From the NCBI RefSeq assembly GCF_036588685.1, contig NC_086375.1, positions 75,826,001 through 75,890,000 on the forward strand: a stretch of 64,000 nucleotides of DNA, read 5' to 3'. This stretch comes from Mytilus trossulus (taxonomy: Eukaryota). This document shows positions 41,901 to 51,660 of the stretch, piece by piece (position 1 is the first letter of the stretch; each line of letters opens with the position of its first letter). The translations under genes were made by a program, and so were the position numbers. The notes below the pieces were generated by a model. That model was not told the origin of the DNA. It worked only from the letters and a program-made list of their open reading frames with translations, and searched no databases.

Positions 41901-44395
41901 TTTAAGTAGACCAACAAATTAAAGGATTAAAGCCATTAGCTTATTTCTTGACAATAGTAATGTTGTTTTTTTGGAAATAAATAGATATAAGAAGATGTGA
42001 TATGAGTGCCAATGAGTCAACTTTCCACAAAGTATACATTTGAGTGATATATATATAATATTAAATATCCTATTTGGAAACTGTATCACTCTATCTTTAC
42101 TATTATGACTTACAGGGTTTTTTTTAATTTAAAAAAATCCAAATTCTCCTCGTTACAAGCAAAAAAGTTAATAAATTGTCCATTATTTTACTTTATTAGG
42201 GGAATGGTGGGCTTTCATAGACTTATTGATAAACATTACGGATTAATTCTCAATTCTATGATAATTAAAAGTACATGTACATATATCTGTTTGAAACACA
42301 TAACAACTTACATTGAGTAATAACTGTATCATATCCACAGAGTCACATGAACAAGCAGTGTGTAAAGGTGTCCACCAATCATCATCCTGTATATTGACGT
42401 CTGCTCCATGGCTAATCAATATGGCAGCTGTTACTGCATTGTCATCTGATGCACACTAAAATAAATATGAAGGTACTGTGTATATGATACTGAGCTGAAT
42501 GACTTCATGCACAGATCCAGGGTTTGATGTTAAGGGAGGGGGGGGCTCCTGATAATCAAAAGTTGAAGAACCATATTTCGACATAAATTGGTTGTTATTT
42601 TTAACTATTTATTACATTTTTTATTTCTTAGACGGAGAGTTCTAAATGCACCCAAGTCTGGATCTGTCAGGGAATCAGTGACTATATATATAGACTTGCA
42701 ACAGATTATCAACTTTCTTCCACTGACATAATTCTTTTGGCTATAACATGATTAATTTACACTCTCTTAGTTCTATAACTACCCTCGTCTTTGCTCCTTC
42801 TGTATCCCTATCTTACTGAAATGAGTGTATTACATGTAGCAGCATAAATTATATAAAATATTCATTAATTTTACCAAGAATTTATAATTTTTAAAAAGTT
42901 AATAATTTTGTCCAGGTTGATGCACTGATCATATATTATGAAAGAAATATTTGGAATGTTATATGGATCAAAACAAATTTTTAAAGATTTCAAACAATTA
43001 TAGAAATTGCACCTTAAATATTTTTTATTAAATGATATTTTGTGGTTCTTACATGAATAAAGAAGCTCTATCATACTGAAGAGACGGCTAAAATTTGTGA
43101 ATAGTAAATGTCAGCTCTTTCTTACTCACCTTATGCAACAATGATGTCCCATTTCCTGTTCTAAAATTGTGGTTAGAACCATGTTGTAATGATCTTGTTA
43201 CTAAAAATAAAACAATAAAGAATTTTGAAGCAGTTATATGGGTATGGATAAAAACCAGGTACAAGTAGTACAAATGTTAATGTATAGATGAATATGGCAA
43301 TCTTACTACAGTGTATTGTAACGAAATACTTGTCAGGTACATGTCTAACTCAAATTCTCAATGATAAAGAAAGGATTATATAGATTTCTACTATAAAGTA
43401 GTGCATGTCTACTTAAGCCACATACAATCATTCTTTACAATATGTGACAACATAGATTGTTTTAAAAAAGTTAAATAGTTTTACATCCGATTTCATTGAG
43501 TGTGAAGGCAAAGGTAATATTTTACTTAGCTAGCTTGCCAGCTAAACTGTGAAGTCGTTATTAGGTTAGGTAAACTACGGGAGTACCCTCTTTTAAGAGT
43601 AGACTAGTCCAACAGATAACCAATCTAGGCTACCCACTTGGAAAGAAGGGTAGTTATACCTGACTTCACGGTTCAGCTAACAAGCAAGCTAACCAAAGAT
43701 CATACTTTTGCCTACACAGTCAATGAAACCGGCTGTAATTTGCAAAGTATATATAACAGGCTATTATTTGAACTTGGAATTATTTTTAATTATGAAATTT
43801 GCTTGATTTCTTGTTATTAAAATTTTTAATAAATTCCATGTTTATTCTGTACTGAAATGCTCTGTGCTGCGCACAACACTTTCTATTACAAAGAAAATAG
43901 TATATTTTCAATAGAATGTACTGTGCCGCGCACAACACTATCTAACCAAATACATTGTATGGAAAGTTTTATTAACCACTCAAAAGATTATAATACCACA
44001 TAAACATTGAATTTATCAAAAAATTTAAACACAAGAAATTATGCAAATTCCATAATTAAATATAATTCCAAGTTCAAATAAAATAGCCTGTTATATATAG
44101 TATCTTTATATATCACATGTACATTAGCAACAAACTTATTGAATTGTAATCTAAATTAACCTTCTTTATCATCAAAATTCTCCACAGCATCCTGGAGCAG
44201 TATATCTTCAGGAAATGTAGGTCTAGTATTCTTTCTGTTAGGTTTGCATGGCTTTTTGATGGAACCACCACCTCTTTCTTTGAGATCTCTAACAAACCTC
44301 AGGTAACTTTCAATCTGTTTTTGTCGCAACTGTCGATTAATTTTTAGTCTTTCATTTGCTGATAATTTTTCCAGGACTGATTTGTCAAACTCCAT
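2830..44395 (-). CDS. MYO16: Unconventional myosin, MYO16-like (ankyrin repeats + motor + IQ); 28 coding exons read, 3' end uncertain
   Basis: Manual splicing gives one open frame with GT-AG junctions and matching phases. N-terminus [31 protein letters not shown] and [14 protein letters not shown] resemble the MYO16 N-terminus as I recall it; ankyrin motifs ([26 protein letters not shown]); motor motifs [49 protein letters not shown]. Confidence 0.88.
4653..5882 (+). mobile_element. HINE-like element with internal core repeats (aaccatgaaaatgaggtcaaggtc)
   Basis: Starts aacaag, about 150-bp tandem cores, (GCC)n, 3' hairpin gtcgag..tgcaac/gttgca..ctcgac then A run. Degenerate relatives at about 32120-32625, 38641-39060, 40711-40803. 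Confidence 0.72.
4850..4985 (+). mobile_element. 5'-truncated SINE-like insert nested in the HINE-like element
   Basis: gttaaagacacccttgtag...aataaatatgtttaaacta interrupts the core sequence cagacata|tacagc. Confidence 0.55.
6177..6327 (-). CDS. MYO16: MYO16-like exon 27 (IQ end + charged helix)
   Basis: [50 protein letters not shown]; tttcag / gtaagt. Confidence 0.85.
6920..7016 (-). CDS. MYO16: MYO16-like exon 26 (end of motor, start of IQ)
   Basis: [11 protein letters not shown]...KKLVISQS; tttcag / G|gtaag. Confidence 0.9.
7795..8292. mobile_element. Element ending in a long hairpin
   Basis: attacacc/ggtgtaat inverted pair, tgattggctga motif, hairpin 8143-8292. Confidence 0.6.
8516..8627 (-). 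CDS. MYO16: MYO16-like exon 25 (converter)
   Basis: [38 protein letters not shown]; acceptor is the last unit of the 63-bp array; CAG|gtaat. Confidence 0.87.
8576..10150. repeat. 63-bp minisatellite, about 25 copies, copy of acceptor + exon 25 start
   Basis: Unit cagtcaggtatcatagggaaggtaaacaagacaacatcaaagctttatatctgaaaatacaat. Confidence 0.97.
10409..10614 (-). CDS. MYO16: MYO16-like exon 24 (SH2/SH1 region); in-frame alternative starts at 10647, 10680, 10713
   Basis: [24 protein letters not shown]...[21 protein letters not shown]; acceptor is the last unit of the 33-bp array. Confidence 0.9.
10598..12409. repeat. 33-bp minisatellite, about 55 copies, copy of acceptor + exon 24 start
   Basis: Unit aattctgataaggaacactgaaatagatacatt. 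Confidence 0.97.
12413..12636. mobile_element. MITE with GGGTCTCATTGGGG terminal inverted repeats
   Basis: ggggtctcattgggg ... ccccaatgagaccc; ttaact on both flanks. Confidence 0.75.
13258..13329 (-). CDS. MYO16: MYO16-like exon 23
   Basis: [24 protein letters not shown]; ttttcag / AGG|gtatgt. Confidence 0.88.
13850..14004 (-). CDS. MYO16: MYO16-like exon 22 (loop 2)
   Basis: [20 protein letters not shown]...GGKADK; ttttcag / AAG|gtaggc. Confidence 0.88.
14168..14635. mobile_element. MITE (TIR tggtcc.agaacacagt), family shared with 54428-54881
   Basis: tggtccaaggacacagttat ... ataactgtgttctcgggcca; internal similarity to the copy in HMT intron 1. Confidence 0.7.
15157..15309 (-). CDS. MYO16: MYO16-like exon 21
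   Basis: [25 protein letters not shown]; tttccag / gtaagt. Confidence 0.93.
15526..15619 (-). CDS. MYO16: MYO16-like exon 20
   Basis: [28 protein letters not shown]; ttttag / G|gtatc. Confidence 0.93.
15648..16154 (+). mobile_element. HINE-like element (family shared with 25135-25613)
   Basis: aacaagaatgtgtccaaag start, two core repeats, GACG/GAAC microsatellite, hairpin atgcccc...ggggcat. Confidence 0.78.
17142..17291 (-). CDS. MYO16: MYO16-like exon 19 (relay helix)
   Basis: [31 protein letters not shown]...; tttaag / GAG|gtaact. Confidence 0.93.
17938..18010 (-). CDS. MYO16: MYO16-like exon 18 (switch II)
   Basis: [19 protein letters not shown]; ttctag / CAG|gtaaat. Confidence 0.95.
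18504..18639 (-). CDS. MYO16: MYO16-like exon 17
   Basis: GEQIKK...[21 protein letters not shown]; tgtag / AG|gtac. Confidence 0.93.
18954..19516. mobile_element. TTAA-flanked MITE (Kolobok/piggyBac-type target)
   Basis: ttaa|gggggctagcgggt ... acccgcgagcctcc|ttaa; inverted partial copy near 14850-15085. Confidence 0.8.
20046..20117 (-). CDS. MYO16: MYO16-like exon 16
   Basis: [24 protein letters not shown]; tatag / G|gtatgt. Confidence 0.9.
20911..21028 (-). CDS. MYO16: MYO16-like exon 15
   Basis: [20 protein letters not shown]...; tatag / G|gtaatg. Confidence 0.92.
21709..21906. mobile_element. TA-flanked MITE
   Basis: ta|ctgtaaattcagaaattattgcg ... cgcaataatttctgaatttacag|ta; partial copy at about 21127-21215. 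Confidence 0.82.
21988..22093 (-). CDS. MYO16: MYO16-like exon 14
   Basis: YVRSRVEM...[13 protein letters not shown]; ttacag / gtaagt. Confidence 0.88.
22165..22708. mobile_element. Element starting with a long hairpin
   Basis: Hairpin about 22168-22300; tttattccactg / cagtggaataaa inverted pair; ccaatca motif. Confidence 0.6.
22879..24694 (+). mobile_element. HINE-like element with three about 500-bp core repeats
   Basis: aactagaggctc start; cores recur near 23113, 23615, 24115; (GACG) microsatellite; hairpin agctcac..ggccc ttc gggcc..gtgagct. Confidence 0.78.
24780..24927 (-). CDS. MYO16: MYO16-like exon 13
   Basis: [31 protein letters not shown]; ctgtag / AG|gtaaag. Confidence 0.95.
25135..25613 (+). 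mobile_element. HINE-like element (family shared with 15648-16154)
   Basis: Same termini, cores and hairpin as 15648-16154. Confidence 0.78.
25629..25779. mobile_element. Short MITE
   Basis: cccgtagccagg ... cctggctacggg inverted termini, atata on both flanks. Confidence 0.7.
26075..26189 (-). CDS. MYO16: MYO16-like exon 12 (switch I)
   Basis: [30 protein letters not shown]; ttttag / G|gtaag. Confidence 0.95.
26605..26832 (-). CDS. MYO16: MYO16-like exon 11 (P-loop)
   Basis: PPHLY...[18 protein letters not shown]; tgtag / CAG|gtaatt. Confidence 0.95.
27786..27851 (-). CDS. MYO16: MYO16-like exon 10
   Basis: [22 protein letters not shown]; tttcag / CAG|gtacc. Confidence 0.92.
28220..28330 (-). 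CDS. MYO16: MYO16-like exon 9 (motor start)
   Basis: [37 protein letters not shown]; attag / gtaagt. Confidence 0.88.
29565..31361 (+). mobile_element. HINE-like element with several core repeats
   Basis: Subterminal tatacgaccgca near 29592 and tgcggtcgtata near 31348; (GAC)n; internal repeats; 3' hairpin. Confidence 0.75.
31557..31788 (-). CDS. MYO16: MYO16-like exon 8 (linker)
   Basis: [19 protein letters not shown]...[10 protein letters not shown]; phases fit both neighbours; tttttag / AAG|gtaaat. Confidence 0.8.
33149..33390 (-). CDS. MYO16: MYO16-like exon 7 (last ankyrin + acidic linker)
   Basis: [28 protein letters not shown]...[11 protein letters not shown]...; tgcag / gtaagt. Confidence 0.9.
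33896..34021 (-). CDS. MYO16: MYO16-like exon 6 (ankyrin)
   Basis: [42 protein letters not shown]; ttttcag / gtcagt. Confidence 0.92.
34120..37605. repeat. 41-43 bp minisatellite, about 83 copies, copy of exon 5 end + donor site
   Basis: Unit gacttacaagtgacactttattccattgttaattaagctca alternating with a 43-bp ...gttagttttaatctaa variant. Confidence 0.97.
37591..37715 (-). CDS. MYO16: MYO16-like exon 5
   Basis: [42 protein letters not shown]; tatag / CTT|gtaagt; donor is the first unit of the 41-43 bp array. Confidence 0.88.
39310..40070 (+). mobile_element. Two adjacent HINE-like element ends
   Basis: Two GGAC microsatellites each followed by ggtataccataatac...gggcgtata hairpins (about 39600-39684 and 40000-40070). 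Confidence 0.65.
41762..41870 (-). CDS. MYO16: MYO16-like exon 4 (ankyrin)
   Basis: [36 protein letters not shown]; tttaag / gtatgt. Confidence 0.9.
42312..42455 (-). CDS. MYO16: MYO16-like exon 3 (ankyrin)
   Basis: [48 protein letters not shown]; ttttag / gtaagt. Confidence 0.92.
43130..43200 (-). CDS. MYO16: MYO16-like exon 2 (ankyrin)
   Basis: [24 protein letters not shown]; tttttag / AAG|gtgagt. Confidence 0.88.
43524..43695. mobile_element. Short inverted-repeat element
   Basis: tagcttgccagctaaactgtgaagtc ... gacttcacggttcagctaacaagcaagcta. Confidence 0.55.
43749..44098. mobile_element. MITE with about 35-bp TIRs
   Basis: atataacaggctattatttgaacttggaattat ... ataattccaagttcaaataaaatagcctgttatat. 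Confidence 0.75.
44161..44395 (-). CDS. MYO16: MYO16-like coding exon 1 (acceptor at 44430; ATG at 44395)
   Basis: [10 protein letters not shown]...[10 protein letters not shown]; ttttcag acceptor, G|gttaat donor. Frame is open back to the acceptor so an upstream start is possible. Confidence 0.85.
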
Positions 44396-44914
44396 TTCCT
44401 TGAGCTTCAATTCACTTTTTCGACCATTCACTGAAAAAGAAAAACACTGGTCTAAACACAAATACAAAAAGAACAAAAGAACAGAGTTACAGGGTATCCT
44501 GTTTTGACACATATTATATCTGTCCACTTGAACATGTCCAAGGTCAATAAACTTTGAAAACTTTTTGTATGTTTCCTAAATAAAGGAAGACTTGGGAGGA
44601 CTTACACTACAATGCAAACTTTCCATAAAATTGATATTTCAAAGTGGCTAACTGTCTAGAAAACAGTTGATAATTTTTAAGAAATGTACGCTAGGGAGAA
44701 CATTGTCCTCAGTTTGATTTTCTAACTTGTTCAAGACAATGCTGATAATTATCAATTTCTTCAAATCTGGTAAATATTACGCATCTATAGGAGTACACTT
44801 AATACAATGCAGTTTCCAAAGAAATAATATTTTCTATTGGGTATTAAAAAAAAATCTTTGATTGGAATGTATTTTTGAATTTATTGTTTACAAAAAATGG
44901 TTTCAGGTTTAATT

Positions 44915-45700
44915 AGTGGTCAGGATGAACCTGCGTTTTCAGACTTGTTAACAGTTTAACTGTTGTCAGGATGTCCCTGCTTTTCCTTGACTTGTTTGCA
45001 GTTTAACTGTTGTCAGGATGTCCCTGCTTTTCCTTGACTTGTTTACAGTTTAACTGTTGTCAGGATGTCCCGGCTTTTCCTTGACTTGTTTACAGTTTAA
45101 CTGTTGTCAGGATGTCCCTGCTTTTCCTTGACTTGTTTGCAGTTTAACTGTTGTCAGGATGTCCCTGCTTTTCCTTGACTTGTTTGCAGTTTAACTGTTG
45201 TCAGGATGTCCCTGCTTTTCCTTGACTTGTTTACAGTTTAACTGTTGTCAGGATGTCCCTACTTTTCCTTGACTTGTTTACAGTTTAACTGTTGTCAGGA
45301 TGTCCCTGCTTTTACTTGACTTGTTTGCAGTTTAACTGTTGGCAGGATGTCCCTGCTTTTCCTAGACTTGTTTGCAGTTTAACTGTGGTCAGGGCTTCTT
45401 TGTTTTTCCTTGCCTTGTTTACAGTTTAACTGGTCGTCAGGATGTCTCAATTTTCCTGAACTTGTTTACAGTTTAACTGTTGTCAGGATGTCCCTGCTTT
45501 TCCTTGACTTGTTTACAGTTTAATTGTTGTCAGGATGTCCCTGCTTTTCCGTGACTTGTTTACAGTTTAACTGGTGGTCAGGGCAATCTTGATTTTCCTT
45601 GATCATTTACAGTTTCACTGTGGTAAGGGCATCCTTAGTTCCTTTAATGTTTACAGTTTAAGTGGTCATGGCATCCTTGTTTTTCTTTAAATGTACATTT
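44915..45700. repeat. 47-bp minisatellite A
   Basis: Unit gacttgtttacagtttaactgttgtcaggatgtccctgcttttcctt. Confidence 0.93.
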
Positions 45701-45739
45701 TTTAACACATCATTATGATGTTCCAATTTTCATAGACTA

Positions 45740-46960
45740 ATGTTTACACTTTAACTGTTGGTAAGAACATCCTTGTTTTCAGTTTGACTAATGGTAAGAA
45801 CATCCTTGTTTTCCCTGATTTCTTTACACTTTAACTGATGGTAAGAACATCCTTGTTTTCCTTGATGTGTTTACACTTTAACTGATGGTAAGAACATCCT
45901 TGTTTTCCTTGATTGGTTTACACTTTAACTGATGGTAAGAACATCCTTGTTTTCCCTGATTTGTTTACAGTTTAACTGATGGTAAGAACATCCTTGTTTT
46001 CCTTGATTGGTTTACACTTTAACTGATGGTAAGAACATCCTTGTTTTCCTTGATGTGTTTACACTTTAACTGATGGTAAGAACATCCTCGTTTTCCTTGA
46101 TGTGTTTACACTTTAACTGATGGTAAGAACATCCTTGTTTCCCTGATTGGTTTACACTTTAACTGATGGTAAGAACATCCTTGTTTTCCCTGATTTGTTT
46201 ACAGTTTAACTGATTGGTAAGAACATCCTTGCTTTTTTCACTTTTTTACACTTTAACTGATGGTAAGAACATCCTTGTTTTCCCTGATTTGTTTACTTTA
46301 ACTGATGGTAAGAACATCCTTGTTTTCCCTGATTTGTTAACACTTTAACTGATGGTAAGAACATCCTTGTTTTCCCTGATTTGTTTACAGTTTAACTGAT
46401 TGGTAAGAACATCCTTGCTTTTTTTACTTTTTTACACTTTAACTGATGGTAAGAACATTCTTGTTTTTCTTGACTTGTATACACTTTAACAGATGGTAAG
46501 AAAATCCTTGTATTTCTTGACTTGTATACACTTTAACGGATGGTAAGAACATCCTTGTTTCCCTGATTTGTTTACACTTTAACTGATGGTAAGAACGTCC
46601 TTGTTTTCGCTGATTTGTTTACACTTTAACTGATTGGTAATAACATCCTTGTTTTTCTTGACTTGTATACAGTTTAACTGATGGTAAGAACATCCTTGTT
46701 TTCCTTGATTTGTTTACACTTTAACTGATGGTAAGAACATCCTTGTTTTCTTGACTTGTTTACACTTTAACTGATGGTAAGAACATCCTTGTTTTCCCTG
46801 ATTTGTATATACTTTAACTGATGGTAAGAACATCCTTGTTTTCCCTGATTTGTTTACACTTTAACTGATGGTAAGAACATCCTTGATTTCCCTGATTTGT
46901 TTACACTTTAACTGATTGGTAAGAACATCCTTGCTTTCTTTGACTTGTTTACAGTGTAAC
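45740..46960. repeat. 47-bp minisatellite B (sister of A)
   Basis: Unit gatttgtttacactttaactgatggtaagaacatccttgttttccct. Confidence 0.93.
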
Positions 46961-48899
46961 ACCATGTGCAGTTAAATGGTTAAACTCACTCAGTCAGTGG
47001 TCAGTAGTCCCTGCTTTTCCTTGACTTGTTTACAGGGATATATAAGGTCGTTTTTAAAACCCATAGAGTCACCAATCAAATGCATTGATTGTCAAAAAAA
47101 GGTAGGTTCCATTGCCCAAAACCCTTCCTACCCCCTGGATCAGCAAGAATCAGCAACTGCCAGGTGTAACTAAACTTGTATTATGTTTTCCCCAATAATA
47201 TGCACTATCCTTGTCAAGTTTAGACATTCCAGTTATTAAAATCTTTCTCTTCATTTATTTAAACAAGGCCCTATTGGGTGTCCATTTGCCACTTAGGTCG
47301 GTATTCCAATTCGGTTTCAGATTTCTAGTCCAATGTTTCGCGTCCAAAGAACACTCCCAAATTCCAGGCAGAACAGGTTACTTCAAATAATTTTATATTT
47401 TATTGTACAATCATTTTAATACGGCATTATAGACTATCAATCAAAAATAAATGCATATCTACCTTTATAAAATCTATATTCTTTTCAACTGGTGAAGGTG
47501 ATACGCTTCCTTACAAATGTAATACTTTTTTCAATGGTAATTGACACCGACTGTACATGCATGCTAACTTTGTTTGTAAACAATATTATGTTTGAGTGAT
47601 CGAAAAAGTCCAAAATGTTCCGAACTGTTTGTGCAGTCACCCGTGACCAATTTTCATACCTACACAGGTGTTTTAATTTAACTTTATCATGTAGTAGGTA
47701 AAAGTGAGTCAGACAGCTGTATTACCGTCACGATCACGGTTTTCCAACATTTTGAAAATATATATATAACTCACGTTTACCAAACAAGTGTCAACAGAGA
47801 CATATTGTATTATATATCTATAATAATTGTTATTAATCACAAAGGTATACTTTAATACAGCTGGACCACAGACACAAAACTACCTACCTAACATATAATG
47901 TGTTTAAGAATCATTAAAGTATACAGGTGAAACAATTTCAGAGACAAGTGGCTGTAGCTGGGACGTTGTACATATATAATTGACTTAATAGTGACCGTCA
48001 CGTTTGAGATTTTTAGCCTCTAATAAATTCTGAAACTGATGAAAAAAAATGAGATTACATATAAACTTGAATTGACAATGGAACGGGGAATATGCTAATA
48101 GAGACACCAATCCGTCCAAAGAGCAGAAAATAGCCAATGGCCACCAATGGGTCTCCGGCAACACAGCGAGAAAATCCCGCACAACAGTTTTTTTTTCTAA
48201 TGATTCCCAGATTAATCTAAAACTTCCGACAAAAATCTGTGACTAGTATCATTATGATTTTATAGTTCGTTAGATCTATGCTTTTAATGTGACAACTCAT
48301 GTTAAATTTCATTCAATTAAACCATTTTTCGTACGGGTATGGAACCCCATCATATTGACTGACACAAGTGCCTGTGGCTTCTTTTAAACCATTTATTCAA
48401 TAGCTTAGTGTGATATTTGCCACTGGCAACCGGAATTTAATTCAAAACAGAATCAAAATTATAAAATTTGAATATTTTTAAGAACTGACTACATAAAAAT
48501 AAGAAATATATCTTTAAATGTACTTGTCATGTAAAATATCAAATGAAAATCCTTTCCTGTTCCGTCACTGCCTTTTTATTGTTGCCCACCTGAAGGTGCA
48601 ATTGATTTAAATTCAAAATGAACTGCTATTGTTTATTCTTTAGTTGATTGGGAGATTTTTGCCTTTCCCGCAATTCAGATAGTATCTTCCGACTGATGAA
48701 AGTTTTTAACTCTTATGAAAAACTCAACTACCGAACTTTTACCTAAAACTTTACAAATTTGCACAATTTTTCGATTCTACGACCGGTCAAAATTAGAGTT
48801 TGAATATTTCTCTAAACGAATCATAATTAAGCCTGTAGGTAGGATTGTTCATTCAACTTGATTTGTTGGCTTTGTCACTCAACTTTAAATATGGTGTGA

Positions 48900-49740
48900 T
48901 CGGGGCTTTGCTTTTGCGCCAATTGGCATTTCATTTGCGCCAAAAAAATCTTTCATTTGCGCCACAAACAATATTTCATTTGCGCCTAAATAAAACCTTA
49001 TTACAGGTAAATACAGGTAAATGGTATAAAACATATACATATTTAAAAAAAAAAACTATTGATAATTAAAGTTTGTATATTTATCATTGATGTATTCATT
49101 TCCGGATAATTTCTCCTCTCAAGTGCATACCATAATGATAAAAGATAGTCCGTTTTTTTATGAACCTCCATTTCAGTTGTTATACTTGCTTTGCAAGGTT
49201 TATTTCTATTTGGAGTACAAATACACGACTTGGTCTCCATTTTTCAGAACGTATGATCTGATAATAAACTAAAAGTGTGGTCATCAAATATTACACGCTT
49301 TTGAATTATTCTCCTGTTTTATGTCTAAATTGAAAATGGCCACCTTGACACCTCGAACATGTGAACACTATATATAATTATAAACCTTAGTGACTCTCAG
49401 CTTCTGAAATGAGTGTGGCATTGCACTCATCCCAATTATAAACCTTAGTGACTCTCAGCTTCTGAAATGAGTGTGACATTGAACTCATCCCAATTATAAA
49501 CCTTAGTGACTCTCGGCTTCAGAAATGAGGGTGGCATTGAACTCACCCATTATCCAGAGAAATGCTGTTGAGACAAACACTGTAGAGCAGTGCATATTTA
49601 ACGCTTCCGTTATTGCTTACCTGAATTACCTGTAAAATGGCGCAAATGAAGTTTTTATTATTTGGGGCAAATGAAATATTACCTTGTGGCGCAAATGAAA
49701 GATTGTAATTTTAAAAATGGCATAAATGCAATGCGCCCGG
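48900..49740. mobile_element. Non-autonomous DNA transposon with sub-repeated inverted ends, carrying a 3 x 59-60 bp tandem
   Basis: (ttcatttgcgcc)n + tacaggtaa on the left, ttacctgta + (ggcgcaaatgaa)n on the right; tandem at 49376-49550. Confidence 0.7.
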
Positions 49741-50797
49741 TGTTACCTTCAAAACCACCATCTAGTAAACAAAGAGTATAACTTATAGAACAGCTTCACA
49801 GTATTTTGACCATGTACAGAAGGTTTACTCTGTCGTTGAAATTTATACCTTATATCTCTTTTCATTGATAATATTATATAAATGTTTGAACTCATTGAAT
49901 GCTTTAAAACAACTACGTTTTAACGTATGGTCTTCAACAATGGGTAACACCTTAATAAGAACACTAAAGTAATAGAAAATGACGACAGACAGCAACAAAT
50001 GACAACCATGCACTGGATATACTCCTGACGTGGTACAGGCATATATATGATTGTTTCTACAGCTTTGTTTTCTCTACTCTTTTTCTGTGTATTTGTTTTC
50101 GCGCATCCGAACAGTTACTGATTATGTAGACAACCTGCTGTTGGTAATCACTCATCGGCATACGTAGAGGCAGACATATAGTACTGGTGCTGTACGCATT
50201 TTGAGCAAAACAATTCAGTCTTACTATTTTGTAGCTTCATACATGATTCTGTATCTATAAGTGGAATTCTTTTATGGACACATATATATGTCACATCCTT
50301 CACATTGTATCATGACAACATCGCTTCATTTCACAACGTGTTGGCAAAAAAGTGGTTTGACTGTAACCTTTCATTTATGAGAAATAACCTGGCAGGGTAA
50401 AGATATATATATATATATATAGATCATAAACTTGCATTTATTGCCCCATCATATTGGTTGAACCATTTTAAAAAAGTAACAAAACCAAACGATGAATTTG
50501 AAGAACGATTTTAGTTTGTAGAGCAAAAACTGATATTTTTTTAAAAAGGTGAATGTTTTCATGAACTTGACAGTATGATATCTGAAACTGAAATATCTAC
50601 TGCAATGTCATCTAAAAAGGTTGATAAAACAACATGCAGGCTTAGGTATTACCTCCAATACTATGGTCAAACCTTTTTACTACCATTTTTCCTTAAAATT
50701 TTAATTTTGGTAAATATCCTGAACCTTGGACCACACTTGACTCACTTTATTCACACTTACATTAAAAGGAATGATTCATCTGCTCCTAATAATTATT

Positions 50798-51348
50798 GAG
50801 GAATCGCAATCACTGACTCATTCGGGAAGCTTTGTAATAAGATACACGAGGAATCACATCACCGATTCATTGGGGAAGCTTTGTGAAAAGATACACGAGG
50901 AATCACAATCACCGATTCATTGGGGAAGCTTTGTAATAAGATACCTGCAAGAGGAATCCCAATTACTGATTCATCGGGGAAGCTTTGTAATAAGATACAT
51001 GAGGAATCAAAATCACTGATTCATTGGGGAAGCTTTGTAATAAGATACACGAGGAATCACATCACTGATTTATTGCGGAAGCTTTGTAATAAGATACATG
51101 AGGAATCACAATCACATATTCATTGAGGAAGCTTTGGAATAAGATACATGAGGAATCACAATCACATATTCATTGGGGAAGCTTTGTAATAAGATACACG
51201 AGGAATCACATCACTGACTCATTGGGGAAGATTTGTAATAAAATATCTGAGGAATCACATCACTGATTCATTGGGGAAGCTTTGTAATAAAATACCTGGG
51301 GAATCACATAACTGTATCATTGGGGAAGCTTTGTAATAAGTTACATGA
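50798..51348. repeat. 49-50 bp minisatellite, about 11 copies
   Basis: Unit gaggaatcacaatcactgattcattggggaagctttgtaataagatacac. Confidence 0.93.
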
Positions 51349-51439
51349 CACCCGTCTTTGTAAATTCCTAGATAGATATCCTATCCGATGATAACAAATT
51401 TTGGTTTACCAAAAAAACACTGATGACCATCATATATAT

Positions 51440-51660
51440 AGGCAGATGTGGTGTGAGTGCCAATGAGACAACTCTCCATCCAAATAACAATTAAAAAAAG
51501 TAATTTATAACTCCTAATGTATCTTATTACAAAGCTTCCCCAAAAAATTATTATATGTCAATGTACGGCCTTCAACATGGAGCCTTGGCTCACACCGAAC
51601 AACAAGCTTTTAAAAGCCACCAAAGTACTAGAGTAAAACCATTCAAACGGGAAAACCAAT
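51440..51660 (+). repeat. Dispersed repeat (gatgtggtgtgagtgccaatgagacaactctcc family)
   Basis: Related copies at about 25945, 40175, 41993 (+) and 53400-53670 (-). Confidence 0.75.

Noticed and set aside
47036-47101. Possible plus-strand exon (tttacag|...AAG|gtagg)
   Set aside because: No partner exons or homology; the downstream sequence resembles a decayed repeat.
47461-47700. Possible non-coding first exon or promoter of the myosin (AAG|gtagat on the minus strand)
   Set aside because: Plausible but supported only by one donor-like motif.
2068-51348. Regular repeats as possible CRISPR arrays
   Set aside because: Units are head-to-tail with no unique spacers, there are no cas genes, and the context is a eukaryotic intron.
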